Positions 37,062-46,092 of a stretch of 64,000 bases of DNA are shown in pieces; the first letter of the stretch is position 1, and each line of letters begins with the position of its first letter. A program made the position numbers and the translations under genes. Location of the stretch: positions 1 to 64,000 of IMG/VR virus record IMGVR_UViG_2756170199_000003. One strand, 5' to 3'. Below the pieces are notes generated by a model. The model saw only the letters and a program-made list of their open reading frames with translations. It ran no database searches and had not been told where the DNA came from. Origin of the DNA: a virus (taxonomy: Duplodnaviria; Caudoviricetes).

Positions 37062-37572
37062 GTCGGTTCTCCGGATCGCGATTGATGAGAATGATGCTGG
37101 GCTCCATATCGCAGTTTCTTGCCTCCTCGATCATGTTGGCCGTGCCTGGCGAGACGCCGTCCCAGAAGCACACGGCACGGGTGCCTACGCGTGCCATCTC
37201 GCGGTTACGCTGATGGCCTGCGCGGGCGTTATAAAGCCGCCCCGTCACGGCGCTTCTCTTGATGTACGAATTGGGCGCGCCCAGATCCTCCCAGTCCGCG
37301 GGAAACTCTGTCCACGCCCGCCCGTGCTCGCGGCACCAGCGGATGATCATCTGGTCGGCGCCGCTCGGTGCCTTGCCGGAGATGAAGATCACGGACGCAC
37401 GACGACGCAGCGTCCGGGCAATCCAGCCCTCGAGCAGTTCCGTAAATCTGGGGTAGTCGTTGAACGTTCGCGTGCCCGCCACGATCACTGCTTCATCGAA
37501 GAACGGGATGGCAGCGTGGCTCAATGCGGTATGTCCGAGCATGAGCGGCGCCGATGCCGGCGATTGGGTCAC
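37012..37572 (-). CDS. SLOG superfamily (YspA/DUF2493-like) protein
   Basis: VIVAGTR.FNDY, ISGKA.SGAD, FPADW, AG..RN.EM and FWDG.SPGT motifs; start uncertain (37542-37665). Confidence 0.8.
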   Translation of the reverse strand: MTQSPASAPLMLGHTALSHAAIPFFDEAVIVAGTRTFNDYPRFTELLEGWIARTLRRRASVIFISGKAPSGADQMIIRWCREHGRAWTEFPADWEDLGAPNSYIKRSAVTGRLYNARAGHQRNREMARVGTRAVCFWDGVSPGTANMIEEARNCDMEPSIILINRDPENRHGQANRKKKGDREVPS

Positions 37573-37595
37573 GTGTGGTCTCTGGGTCGCCAGAT

Positions 37596-37940
37596 TCAAA
37601 GCGCCCCGGGTAGCTGATGCTCCAGGATAAACGGCAGTACGCCGCTTTCGAACAGTTTTTTCCAATCCTCGGTGCTCCCTTCCTTGTCCACCAGACAGTA
37701 ACGCACGTCGATGGTGTTGATGCTTTCACGTTGATTGAGTTTCGCGAAAATAAGCCGCCATGCGCGGTTGATCGCGAAGCGCTGGTAGCTGGGGTCATCC
37801 AGTGTCTCGACGCCTGTCTGAAGAAACCGGGTCCACCCCGACGGATCCGGGTGGTGATTTTCGGCAAGCAGCCCGGTAACAAAAGCGACAAGCGATCCGG
37901 GCGTCGCCTGCTGGGCGGACCCGTCGGGAAAATCCGTCAT
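37596..37940 (-). CDS. Hypothetical phiKZ-like protein
   Basis: RYCLVD...W...F...VLPFI motif; downstream of uvsX. Confidence 0.6.
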   Translation of the reverse strand: MTDFPDGSAQQATPGSLVAFVTGLLAENHHPDPSGWTRFLQTGVETLDDPSYQRFAINRAWRLIFAKLNQRESINTIDVRYCLVDKEGSTEDWKKLFESGVLPFILEHQLPGAL

Positions 37941-37960
37941 GGTGAAGGCCCCACAGATAA

Positions 37961-37974
37961 GTTATATATATTCC
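37961..37974 (-). promoter_or_regulatory. Candidate early promoter GGAATATATATAAC
   Basis: AT-rich island 20 bp upstream of 37940; similar to the motif at 10764. Confidence 0.4.
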
Positions 37975-38010
37975 AGCGCGTTTGCGTTACATGCGCCCCG
38001 CCATCCGCGT

Positions 38011-39528
38011 TCAGGCGTTCACGGCGAGCGCCTGCATATCGCGTGCGTGATACTGATCGATGCATGTCTGGTAGTCAGACTTGATGGTCGTGTGGTCCGC
38101 TTCGAGCCAGTACGGCTCGTAATGCTTCGGATCGTCGACGGGCAACGTCATGCGAAGCAGATCCATGGTCGACAGATAGGGCAGCTCCCGCGCCTCGCCA
38201 CTTTCGTGCGTCCACCATCCCCGCGTGGCGAGCAGCGCATGCCAGTCGTAGCCCTGCGCCTTCACGTTCTCGTAAAGTGCTTTAGGAGTCAGGCGAAATT
38301 TCTCCGGCTGGGCGTGCCACAGATAACTCATCTGGCACATCTCGGAAGTGATGGTGAGCGCGCGCCGCAAAAGCGGGTCAGCGTCGATCTTCGCGCGCAC
38401 GGTGGTGCGCTGCAGCTTCGTCTCCGGATACAGCGCAAGTGCGTAGCTTGTATTGCTGCCTTCGAGCCCATATCGTTCGTTCTCGCGGATATGGTGAAAC
38501 TCTGTCAGCGAGGGCAGCACGCCGTCGGCCTGCGACACGATCAGCGTGACCGGCATGCCGGAAGGTCCAGCCTTGCCGCGCAGGTTGCGGATCTGTACAA
38601 CGTTCAGGTCTGTATCGTGAGCGAGATCATCGTTGCTGTCGCGCGGATACTCGGGCCCCTTGGTGCCCTGGTTGAAAAGCGGGGCCGCGTTGAACGCATG
38701 CCAGCAGTTGTGCGTGAGGAACGTGAACTTCGCGGGCACGCCCTTGATCTTGTCGCCATTCCTCAGGTACCGCAACGCCGCGGCGGCGGAATTCATACCT
38801 GGCGGGCCGCCCTGCAGGTCGATCACCTTGCCGATATGGGCGGTCATCAGAAGATAGTCGTACACCGAGGTATGGATGCGGGGCACTTCCATGAGAATGC
38901 GGTTCTTCACGCGTCCCTGCTGCATGTCAATGGTATTGCCCTTCGCTTCACCCAGTTCGATGTCGTCCTGCATGTCGATGATGTTGCTCGTCTCGAACTC
39001 GCTGAACGAATCGATTTCGGTGAACGTTGGGATCAGCATCTGGAACGCTCCCGAGCGCTCCCGGTTCCAGTATGGCGTGTTGACGATGATGTCGCGGCGC
39101 TTGCCCTTTGCCTCAAGCTCGTCCTTGTGAACGCGGTACCATTCGTCGCCCACGTAGACCGTCTTGTCGGTAATGATCCAGCGACGATTGCGCAGGATAT
39201 CCTCGTGGTGAAAATCCCCTATGTTGCCGGCGACCTTCGTCTGGTGCTCTTCGTGGATATTGGTTTCCGTATCGTAGGTCTTCGCTGTGGAGTGCATCAT
39301 GCGCGCCATGGCTGTGAGCATCATGAAGCGCTCGATGGTCGACTTGAAGTTGTTGCCGATACCCACGATCCCCGTGATAAACCCGAGTCCTCCGTTGAGG
39401 ATGGATTCGCCCCGACGCCCCTGGATATAGTGCCCGGTCGGAATGTCCAGACAGGCGCCAAGGTTGATCATCAGCTTGACGTTGGGTGCCGGAGTCATCC
39501 TGGAGCGAAGATCAATGTCTTGAGCCAT
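38011..39528 (-). CDS. uvsX: UvsX/RecA-like recombinase (phiKZ gp152-like)
   Basis: NLGACLDIPTG, Walker A-like GIGNNFKST, YDTE, IDSFSE and LRGKAGPSG motifs. Confidence 0.85.
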   Translation of the reverse strand: MAQDIDLRSRMTPAPNVKLMINLGACLDIPTGHYIQGRRGESILNGGLGFITGIVGIGNNFKSTIERFMMLTAMARMMHSTAKTYDTETNIHEEHQTKVAGNIGDFHHEDILRNRRWIITDKTVYVGDEWYRVHKDELEAKGKRRDIIVNTPYWNRERSGAFQMLIPTFTEIDSFSEFETSNIIDMQDDIELGEAKGNTIDMQQGRVKNRILMEVPRIHTSVYDYLLMTAHIGKVIDLQGGPPGMNSAAAALRYLRNGDKIKGVPAKFTFLTHNCWHAFNAAPLFNQGTKGPEYPRDSNDDLAHDTDLNVVQIRNLRGKAGPSGMPVTLIVSQADGVLPSLTEFHHIRENERYGLEGSNTSYALALYPETKLQRTTVRAKIDADPLLRRALTITSEMCQMSYLWHAQPEKFRLTPKALYENVKAQGYDWHALLATRGWWTHESGEARELPYLSTMDLLRMTLPVDDPKHYEPYWLEADHTTIKSDYQTCIDQYHARDMQALAVNA

Positions 39529-39580
39529 TTCATCTCCCGCTGAAGGAAGAGAACTGTTCAGTAATACTTACAGACGATGA

Positions 39581-39604
39581 CCCGGACCCGGTGAAATTTT
39601 ATGG
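39581..39604. promoter_or_regulatory. Overlapping candidate middle promoter (minus, uvsX) and late promoter (plus)
   Basis: Minus strand TAAAATTTCACCGGGTCCGGG is 17/21 identical to the element at 43589-43609; plus strand reads AATTTTATGG. Confidence 0.6.
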
Positions 39605-39667
39605 CCGCCTGCCCGGCTGCTGACCCTGTCGCCCCTGTCCGGGTGACCTCACCGAGGGAAACCCGTC

Positions 39668-40501
39668 ATGACGACACTGCTCGAAAACCAGCACAAGGTG
39701 GTCGCGCTCGAAGCGTTTGCCGTTGGGAATATCACTGGCCTGCTGCATCGCGTCTTCCCCGCTATCCGCAAGGGCTTCGAGGATCTGGCCAGCCTCGTCT
39801 CCGCCGACGAGCGGCCAGTCGCTTTCAGCGCAGACCAGAAGAAGTTTCTTGAACTGCTCGCCGGCCACAACTACGTGACGGCTTCTCCGCTGCCGGCCCG
39901 GTTGCCGCAGGGACTGAATGTGCCGTATCTGGTTTATGCTGAAGCACTCTCGCAGGCTGTCGTACACGCAGCGCAGATCCTCGACGAGCTTTCGCGCTAT
40001 ACGCTCTTTCTCGGCAGGCTCGTGACGAACCATGATTTCCAGTACAGCGCTGACTACAATCCGGTCTACTACGGGCAGCTGCAACGCCAGCGAGACGACG
40101 CCAACGAGAAACTCGGCAAGTGCTTCCAGATGGGTTCGACGAAGACGGATCGTACCTATGCGGATGTCGTTTCGCGCAACGCGGACTGGAAGGCGGTGTT
40201 CGAGGTCACCAACCGGCTGGCCGCCGATATCAACGGGGTCGACCGCACCGTGATTGCGAAGAAGATTGCAGAGTCTGTGCACCTGCTTGACGTCATCGAG
40301 AAGAAGATCGCGCGCCAGGAGCTCGAGGGCGTCTCACCGGAGATTGTCGCGGAGCTCTCGGAGGGCGCGTACCAGATGGCCTCGCAACTCGAGATGTACA
40401 GCACCGTCTGGTACAAGGTGCAGAACTTCGTGACAGCCGTGAATTACAGCACCGAAGTCGTGATCCGGGCATTCAGTGGCGCGGAGCAGGCGAGCCGGTA
40501 G
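39668..40501 (+). CDS. Virion head protein (phiKZ gp153-like)
   Basis: GAGGG RBS; N-terminal VALEA protease-like site; P.GL.V.YL.Y motif; divergent from uvsX. Confidence 0.7.
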   Translation: MTTLLENQHKVVALEAFAVGNITGLLHRVFPAIRKGFEDLASLVSADERPVAFSADQKKFLELLAGHNYVTASPLPARLPQGLNVPYLVYAEALSQAVVHAAQILDELSRYTLFLGRLVTNHDFQYSADYNPVYYGQLQRQRDDANEKLGKCFQMGSTKTDRTYADVVSRNADWKAVFEVTNRLAADINGVDRTVIAKKIAESVHLLDVIEKKIARQELEGVSPEIVAELSEGAYQMASQLEMYSTVWYKVQNFVTAVNYSTEVVIRAFSGAEQASR

Positions 40502-40694
40502 CGAACCAACGGATGAATTTTTGTTAAAGAACGTCATGACCCGGTATCGCAAAATTGATGCCTGTTATCCTCGCGGGTTTCCTGTTCTTGACGTGCTGAC
40601 TTCTCTTGCCTTGGGATCTGCTGGACTGGCTAACGCTCCGGTTGCGCTGCGAGATGACCAGCCGTGATTTCCGGCCCTGGAGGCCACGGCATCC

Positions 40695-41378
40695 ATGCGG
40701 CTCATTTCTCCTGGTAGTACGGCAAGACTTGCCTCGAAAGCCGGCGTAGTTATCCTCGTCGCCGCAGCCACTACGGCCTCGCCCGCCTGGGCTCATCACC
40801 GCCCGCACAGTGCGCATCGTGAACCAGCGCGCAAGCGCGTTGCGCTGCACGCACGTCCGCAGCCCAAGCCGCGCTTTGTGCACGCCCCCGGAGAGGAGCC
40901 AACGCCTCTCGTTGTACAGGACACCGGTTCAACTGTAGAGACCGCCACTGAGCCGCAGTCTGAACTGGCTGGCGAGTCCACCGCAGCGCTCGAGCGGGTG
41001 CAGGAGAAAGCCATGAGCCTCGTCGGCGTACGGTATCGCCTGGGCGGCAGCTCTCCATCGAGCGGCTTCGATTGCAGTGGATTTGTGCAATACGTGATGC
41101 GCCATGCGGCCGGGCTGCGGCTTGGCCGTACAGCCGAGAGTCAGGCGACAGAAGGACAGCAGGTCGAGCGTAGTGATCTGAAACTTGGCGATCTTGTTTT
41201 CTTTCATACCTACGGACGGCGAATCTCCCATGTGGGCCTGTATCTCGGTCACGGCGAGTTCGTGCACGCGCCGTCTTCCGGCGGCCATGTGCGCGTGGAA
41301 AAGCTGGACGATCCGTACTGGCAGGTTCACTACGTCAAGGCAGAGCGTCTGAGCGATGCCCAAGTGACACAGGACTAG
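40695..41378 (+). CDS. Secreted NlpC/P60 (C40) endopeptidase
   Basis: Signal peptide ending AWA; YRLGG..GFDCSGF, GDLVFF, HVGLY and FVHAPS motifs. Confidence 0.92.
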   Translation: MRLISPGSTARLASKAGVVILVAAATTASPAWAHHRPHSAHREPARKRVALHARPQPKPRFVHAPGEEPTPLVVQDTGSTVETATEPQSELAGESTAALERVQEKAMSLVGVRYRLGGSSPSSGFDCSGFVQYVMRHAAGLRLGRTAESQATEGQQVERSDLKLGDLVFFHTYGRRISHVGLYLGHGEFVHAPSSGGHVRVEKLDDPYWQVHYVKAERLSDAQVTQD

Positions 41379-41474
41379 CTGTAAAGAATTGACCCAGTAT
41401 CTGGCAGAAGACTCACGAGGTACCGACGCCTTCCTCTTCCTCACTCAACCATAACGTCACACGAAGGTGCTCTA

Positions 41475-41861
41475 ATGGATGTACAGCAACTTGTTTCTGA
41501 ATTTCTGGCTTCGGAGCATGGCAGCCAGGCTACCCAGGCGCTCTCGGCCCAAGGCATCGGTGCTGACGATGCACAACAGATTCTGGGCCAGGCGGCCGCG
41601 ACCGCGCACGCGCACGGTGAAGAAGGCGGTGGCCTGATGGGCGAACATGCCGGCCGGAGTTTTTTCTCAGCCTTCGCAGCGGGCCTGGTCCGGGGAGACG
41701 GATTTATGAAATCGATGATGGATGGCGGCCAGGGCGTTCTGGCCGGACGGGTCGCTGAGTCGCTGGCCGACAGAATGGGCATTGACCCTTCCATCGCGTC
41801 CACCTTGTCGGCAGCCGCTACGCCATACCTCGTGGCATTCCTGAAAGAAAAGTTTGGCTGA
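41475..41861 (+). CDS. Hypothetical, bacterial-type helical protein
   Basis: GAAGGT RBS; plausible 128-aa ORF between core genes. Confidence 0.65.
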   Translation: MDVQQLVSEFLASEHGSQATQALSAQGIGADDAQQILGQAAATAHAHGEEGGGLMGEHAGRSFFSAFAAGLVRGDGFMKSMMDGGQGVLAGRVAESLADRMGIDPSIASTLSAAATPYLVAFLKEKFG

Positions 41862-41896
41862 AGTCATTGCGCACGTACCCTTCCGACCCGTGAAGA

Positions 41897-43555
41897 TCAA
41901 GGTATCACCCTCAGGTTCGAGTACGTGCCGGCGCTGATGCAGATATCGTCTCCCGCCTGAACCACCGTCGCATACCGGAAAGCCCGCTCCGATTCGGGCC
42001 ACGTGACGAGGGTGATCTTCGGGCTGGCTTTCTCCAGTCGCTTGAGCGAATTGCGGTTGAGCAGATCGATACCGAGCGTCAGCGTCACGGGAATCGTCCC
42101 TGTAACAGGCGCTGCCCCGTTCTCGCCGCCTACGGCGTAGTTCGCCATAACGTTCAACGCGGCAAAGCCCACGCCGAATTCTGGCCGCAGCTCTGTCACC
42201 GTAGCGGCCTCCCCTTTCCTGCCGGCGGGCTTTTCCTTCTTCTCGTAGAGGTTCTCCGTGAGATCGGTCGTCGTGATGGCCGCATCGCGCGTCTCGTACT
42301 GACGCAGGCGTTCGATGAGCCCCGACACGGCCGTAATGGCGCGCATCGCAATGCGCGGCGGCCGGCACTCGCGCGAGAGCGGTTTGTGCGTGTGCCCCCC
42401 GGGCTCCTCGTCCAGGCAGTTCAGGTCAAGCCGCCATGCGCTCGGCCGCAGCAACGCCGCGGTACCCCACGCGACAAGTTCACGGTGCGTCGTCGCGCTG
42501 TAAAGCTGATCCAGTCGCACAATGACGATAGCGTCGAATCCCCCAGCCAGTTCCGTCGTGTAGTTGCGCACGAGCTCAATCGCCGTGTCCGGCATCGCCA
42601 GTCTCACCACCGTATGCGCACCATCGCTCATGCGCTTGCCGAGCAGTTCGTCTTCCTTGCCGTGATCCCCGAGATAGTAGACGCCCGGCTGCTGGTACTG
42701 TGCCACGGTATTGAAGTAGAGACACCGGTTCGCGAGCATCGGATGACGGCCGGTATCGTACTTCCAGTACCCCTGCGCGGCGCTTGAACTGACCTCGTTC
42801 CGGGAGATGCCCTGTGCCGAGAGCGCGACGCCGATGGTGGCCAGCTTGTCGGCGAGCACGTTGCCCAGATGATGGCTGTGACTTTTGACCCACGCAAATT
42901 TAACGTCCACGGCGTGCTCGACCAGACGCGCACGCGCGGCCGCCAGTTCCTTCCAGAGCACGACATTGGGCACACTCTCGCCGCCGCGCTTGACCCAGCC
43001 ATTCCTTTCCCAGGTGTCGATCCAGCTCTCCATACCACGACGTACGTATTCGCTGTCGACCCTGACCATGACGCGCTCGACCTCGAAGTCCTGCGCGTAT
43101 TGCAGGGCCCTGACGGCAGCCACCAGTTCTCCGATGTTGTTGGTCAGCTTCTTCTCGCCCGTCGAGAGCATGGACCCATAACCATCAACGTAGTGAACGG
43201 GTGTGACTTCCGCGAGGCCGGCACGTTTTGCTGCATCGTATTTTTCGACATAGCCCTTGCGTGTCAGCAGCCAGCGACCGTTGCCGCTGCCTTTGGCCGG
43301 TTTCGCGTCGGTATAAAGATAGCCGTGAAAGCCCCAGCCAGTCGGGCCGGGATTGGGATTGCTCCCGGCGTCCGTATACAGCACGAGACCCATCGCAACT
43401 TTCGCTATGCCTTCGTCGCGCCCCTCCCCTGTGGCCCTTCCTGCCGGCGCGGCCTCGGGCGTGTCAACCGCGCTTGCATTCTTCTCCGCTTCGTCCGCTG
43501 CTTCTTCCGCTTCGAGCGTCGACACCTCTGCGGCATCCTCGTCCTCTGGAACCAT
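41897..43555 (-). CDS. rnhA: Ribonuclease H (phiKZ gp155-like)
   Basis: YTDAG, TNNIGEL, VDSEYV, N..LW, WVKSH and GN..AD.LA motifs, plus the phiKZ-type C-terminal extension. Confidence 0.88.
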   Translation of the reverse strand: MVPEDEDAAEVSTLEAEEAADEAEKNASAVDTPEAAPAGRATGEGRDEGIAKVAMGLVLYTDAGSNPNPGPTGWGFHGYLYTDAKPAKGSGNGRWLLTRKGYVEKYDAAKRAGLAEVTPVHYVDGYGSMLSTGEKKLTNNIGELVAAVRALQYAQDFEVERVMVRVDSEYVRRGMESWIDTWERNGWVKRGGESVPNVVLWKELAAARARLVEHAVDVKFAWVKSHSHHLGNVLADKLATIGVALSAQGISRNEVSSSAAQGYWKYDTGRHPMLANRCLYFNTVAQYQQPGVYYLGDHGKEDELLGKRMSDGAHTVVRLAMPDTAIELVRNYTTELAGGFDAIVIVRLDQLYSATTHRELVAWGTAALLRPSAWRLDLNCLDEEPGGHTHKPLSRECRPPRIAMRAITAVSGLIERLRQYETRDAAITTTDLTENLYEKKEKPAGRKGEAATVTELRPEFGVGFAALNVMANYAVGGENGAAPVTGTIPVTLTLGIDLLNRNSLKRLEKASPKITLVTWPESERAFRYATVVQAGDDICISAGTYSNLRVIP

Positions 43556-43588
43556 CGCAGCTCCCTATCCGGTCATGACTACACCATG

Positions 43589-43609
43589 CCCGGCCCCGGT
43601 AACGTTTTA
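43589..43609 (-). promoter_or_regulatory. Candidate middle promoter for RNase H
   Basis: TAAAACGTTACCGGGGCCGGG contains AAACGTTAC, fitting the phiKZ middle consensus AAanntTAC; near-copy upstream of uvsX. Confidence 0.6.
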
Positions 43610-44161
43610 CGGGCCGGTGTGGCCAGCCGGACCCGGATCGCCATGACAGCGCTGCCGGTAGTCCCGATACGCGCCGTCGAACGTATTGCGCAGACGCAGG
43701 ATGTAGCGATGCAGCTCGACGATGTGCCTTTCAGCAATCGCGAGTGCAGCGGTGGTGTCGCCCGGCCGTAGGGCGTCGAGCTCCTTCAGGGGTGCGCCGG
43801 GCACTTCAGGCAGTGCGGGCATCACAAAGCCCGGACAGACGACGGGGGATATTGACGCAGAGTCCGGTGACGTATGCGTACGCGCAAGGCGTTGCGATTT
43901 GCGCATGGCAGACGGACGCGCAGCAGCGCGCGGCCCGGACGCGTCAGATGAGGACGCGATCGGCGAAATGAGGACAACCATCGCTGTCGGAACCGGACTG
44001 GTGGCGGGGGCCGGAGTGGCTGTGGGGGCGGTAGCGGAAACAGAAGCGGCAGCAGGTGTGGGCTGACTGGCTGTCTCGATGGTGATACATCCAGCCAGCA
44101 GCATAAGCGAGCCAACTATCGCGAGTGCCATACCGGAGGAAAACGGTGCGTGCTCAAGCAT
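43607..44161 (-). CDS. Lipoprotein, putative o-spanin
   Basis: Lipobox LAGC, Pro/Ala linker, CPGFVMPALPEVP and a C-terminal helix ending in Cys. Confidence 0.62.
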   Translation of the reverse strand: MLEHAPFSSGMALAIVGSLMLLAGCITIETASQPTPAAASVSATAPTATPAPATSPVPTAMVVLISPIASSSDASGPRAAARPSAMRKSQRLARTHTSPDSASISPVVCPGFVMPALPEVPGAPLKELDALRPGDTTAALAIAERHIVELHRYILRLRNTFDGAYRDYRQRCHGDPGPAGHTGP

Positions 44162-44180
44162 GGACGGGCCTCTTGCCAGG

Positions 44181-44609
44181 TCAGTTTTCAGGTGTCCAGT
44201 CGGTGAGTGCCGCGCGCAGTTGCGCGCGCGGGTCTACAGCGCCCGAGCCCGTGCCAGAACCCGTCGGTTCGGCGAGTGTGCGACCGGTCGCATTGCCGGC
44301 AGGCAGCTCCCCCGTATGGTCCTGCCCCTGGAGCTTCTCGAGTTCCGCATGTTCCTTCTGGTATTTCGTTTCGAGGTCCTGATAAGTGCGCTGAAGTCTC
44401 ACGTAGCTCAGGAGGATCGACACGAACCGTGCATCCACGCCGACACTGATCGCGCTGAAAACGAGGCTGGCCATCACGACGATGCTGAAGACCGCGCGTC
44501 GGCGGTTGACCCGCAGAACCTTCATGAAGGATTCGTCGTTGAGGACCATCTCCCGCACGATCGACCAGGCCGAAGTGAAGAGCTTCGTCACGGACTCGAT
44601 AAAGGGCAT
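44181..44609 (-). CDS. Membrane protein with coiled coil, putative i-spanin
   Basis: TM segment followed by a coiled coil; directly upstream of a lipoprotein gene. Confidence 0.55.
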   Translation of the reverse strand: MPFIESVTKLFTSAWSIVREMVLNDESFMKVLRVNRRRAVFSIVVMASLVFSAISVGVDARFVSILLSYVRLQRTYQDLETKYQKEHAELEKLQGQDHTGELPAGNATGRTLAEPTGSGTGSGAVDPRAQLRAALTDWTPEN

Positions 44610-44620
44610 GCCGCACCTCG

Positions 44621-44630
44621 AATTTTATGG
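44621..44630 (+). promoter_or_regulatory. Candidate late promoter AATTTTATGG
   Basis: About 70 bp upstream of a structural gene; identical 10-mer at 39595 and 3283. Confidence 0.55.
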
Positions 44631-44701
44631 TCCCTGGAATACGGGGACGCTGGATACCCTGGATGCTCCTCTCACGACAATCTGGCGGGGGTGCGAACGC
44701 G

Positions 44702-46081
44702 ATGTATCTGCTCAAAGGTTTCATCAACAATTCGAAACTCGCAAGCGCCGCCGCCGCGGGCACGCTTGCCGTGATCGGCGCACTCTCGGAGCAGTCGAGC
44801 ACCTACGCCATCACGAAATCCATGTTCTTTCAGGAGTCGAGCCCCGACCTTTTCTTCGTGAGCTTTACGAGTGCGGATGACACGGGCGCCGTGCCGGCGC
44901 CCGCCGGCATTGCGACACAGGTCCTGAATTTTGCAGCGTGGGTGTATGCGCAGACCCAGGCAATTCCGAACCCTGGAGAGATTGCCGCGCAGACGCTGCT
45001 CAACGGCCTGCTCAGCGCATTTCAGACCGAGGCGCAGAATTTCACGTGTGGAAACATGGTGACCGATGGCACGTACTGGGTGCCGGAGTGGCTTGAATGG
45101 GAGAACATCACCGATCCGCTCTATGGATCTCTCACGACCGGCACCACATGCCTCATCCGCATCTGGTTCACCGACAGCGCGTTCGCCGCGCAATACGATG
45201 ACTACACGATCCTGATCGTTCCGCCCATCCAGAACCTCGACGACTTCTTCACGACCTCGTCGAACGTGGCGGCGCTGATCGCAGCACAGAGCTATACCGA
45301 CACCATTGCGCTGGTGAACGCTGCGCGCGGCAACTATCCGGAGACGATGATCGAGGCGCAGAGTTTTAACTACATCGATCCGAACAACGCGCAGAACATC
45401 ATCCCGACCAACTGGACAATCCTGATCTACGGGCTCGCTGGCAACAACATCGATTCGATCGCCAATGCGATCATCGACTTCATTCTCGCGAACAGCACGC
45501 ACGATCAGGCAGACTGGGAAGCGATCCTGCCGGATATCTTCCGGCGTACCGAGTTCACGCTCGTGCCGATGTGGGACCAGTTTGCAATTCCGGACCGCAG
45601 CCAGCAACGCGGCATCTATTCACCCGTCGCCAATCTCACGCGTGCCAATGCCATGATCAGCCAGGTCGCGAGCTATGGTGCGAGTCATATCAATTCCAAC
45701 GCCTGCGTGCAGACCGTGCCGTACAAATCGGTGGCACTCGTGAGCTGCGGCTCGCCCAACAACAGGAACAACGCGTTCCAGATCGTCGACGTCTTCCCCG
45801 ATATCCTGCCGGTGCCCTCACAGAGCGTGGATTTCAACCGTATGGCGGTGGCCACCCAGAACTTCCTGCTGCTCGTGGTGAGCATGCTCAAGAGTGCGGA
45901 GACGCTGACGCAGTTTGCGAGCGTACCGGCCGGCATGACCAAGCTCATGCGTAACAACATCCTGTATCTGGTGACGAGCTACGAGAACATCAGCTATCTG
46001 ATGGCCACCCAGTCGAATTTCCCCCTGTCCGGTGTGCCGGCCCCTGAGCAACCGGCTGGGACCGGCTCTTCGACTTCCTGA
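44702..46081 (+). CDS. Virion structural protein (phiKZ gp157-like)
   Basis: Start MYLLKGF; G.LS..S.TY, IRIWF.D..F..QYD and PDIF..TEF...P.W motifs. Confidence 0.72.
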   Translation: MYLLKGFINNSKLASAAAAGTLAVIGALSEQSSTYAITKSMFFQESSPDLFFVSFTSADDTGAVPAPAGIATQVLNFAAWVYAQTQAIPNPGEIAAQTLLNGLLSAFQTEAQNFTCGNMVTDGTYWVPEWLEWENITDPLYGSLTTGTTCLIRIWFTDSAFAAQYDDYTILIVPPIQNLDDFFTTSSNVAALIAAQSYTDTIALVNAARGNYPETMIEAQSFNYIDPNNAQNIIPTNWTILIYGLAGNNIDSIANAIIDFILANSTHDQADWEAILPDIFRRTEFTLVPMWDQFAIPDRSQQRGIYSPVANLTRANAMISQVASYGASHINSNACVQTVPYKSVALVSCGSPNNRNNAFQIVDVFPDILPVPSQSVDFNRMAVATQNFLLLVVSMLKSAETLTQFASVPAGMTKLMRNNILYLVTSYENISYLMATQSNFPLSGVPAPEQPAGTGSSTS

Positions 46082-46092
46082 TCGGGTGCGCG

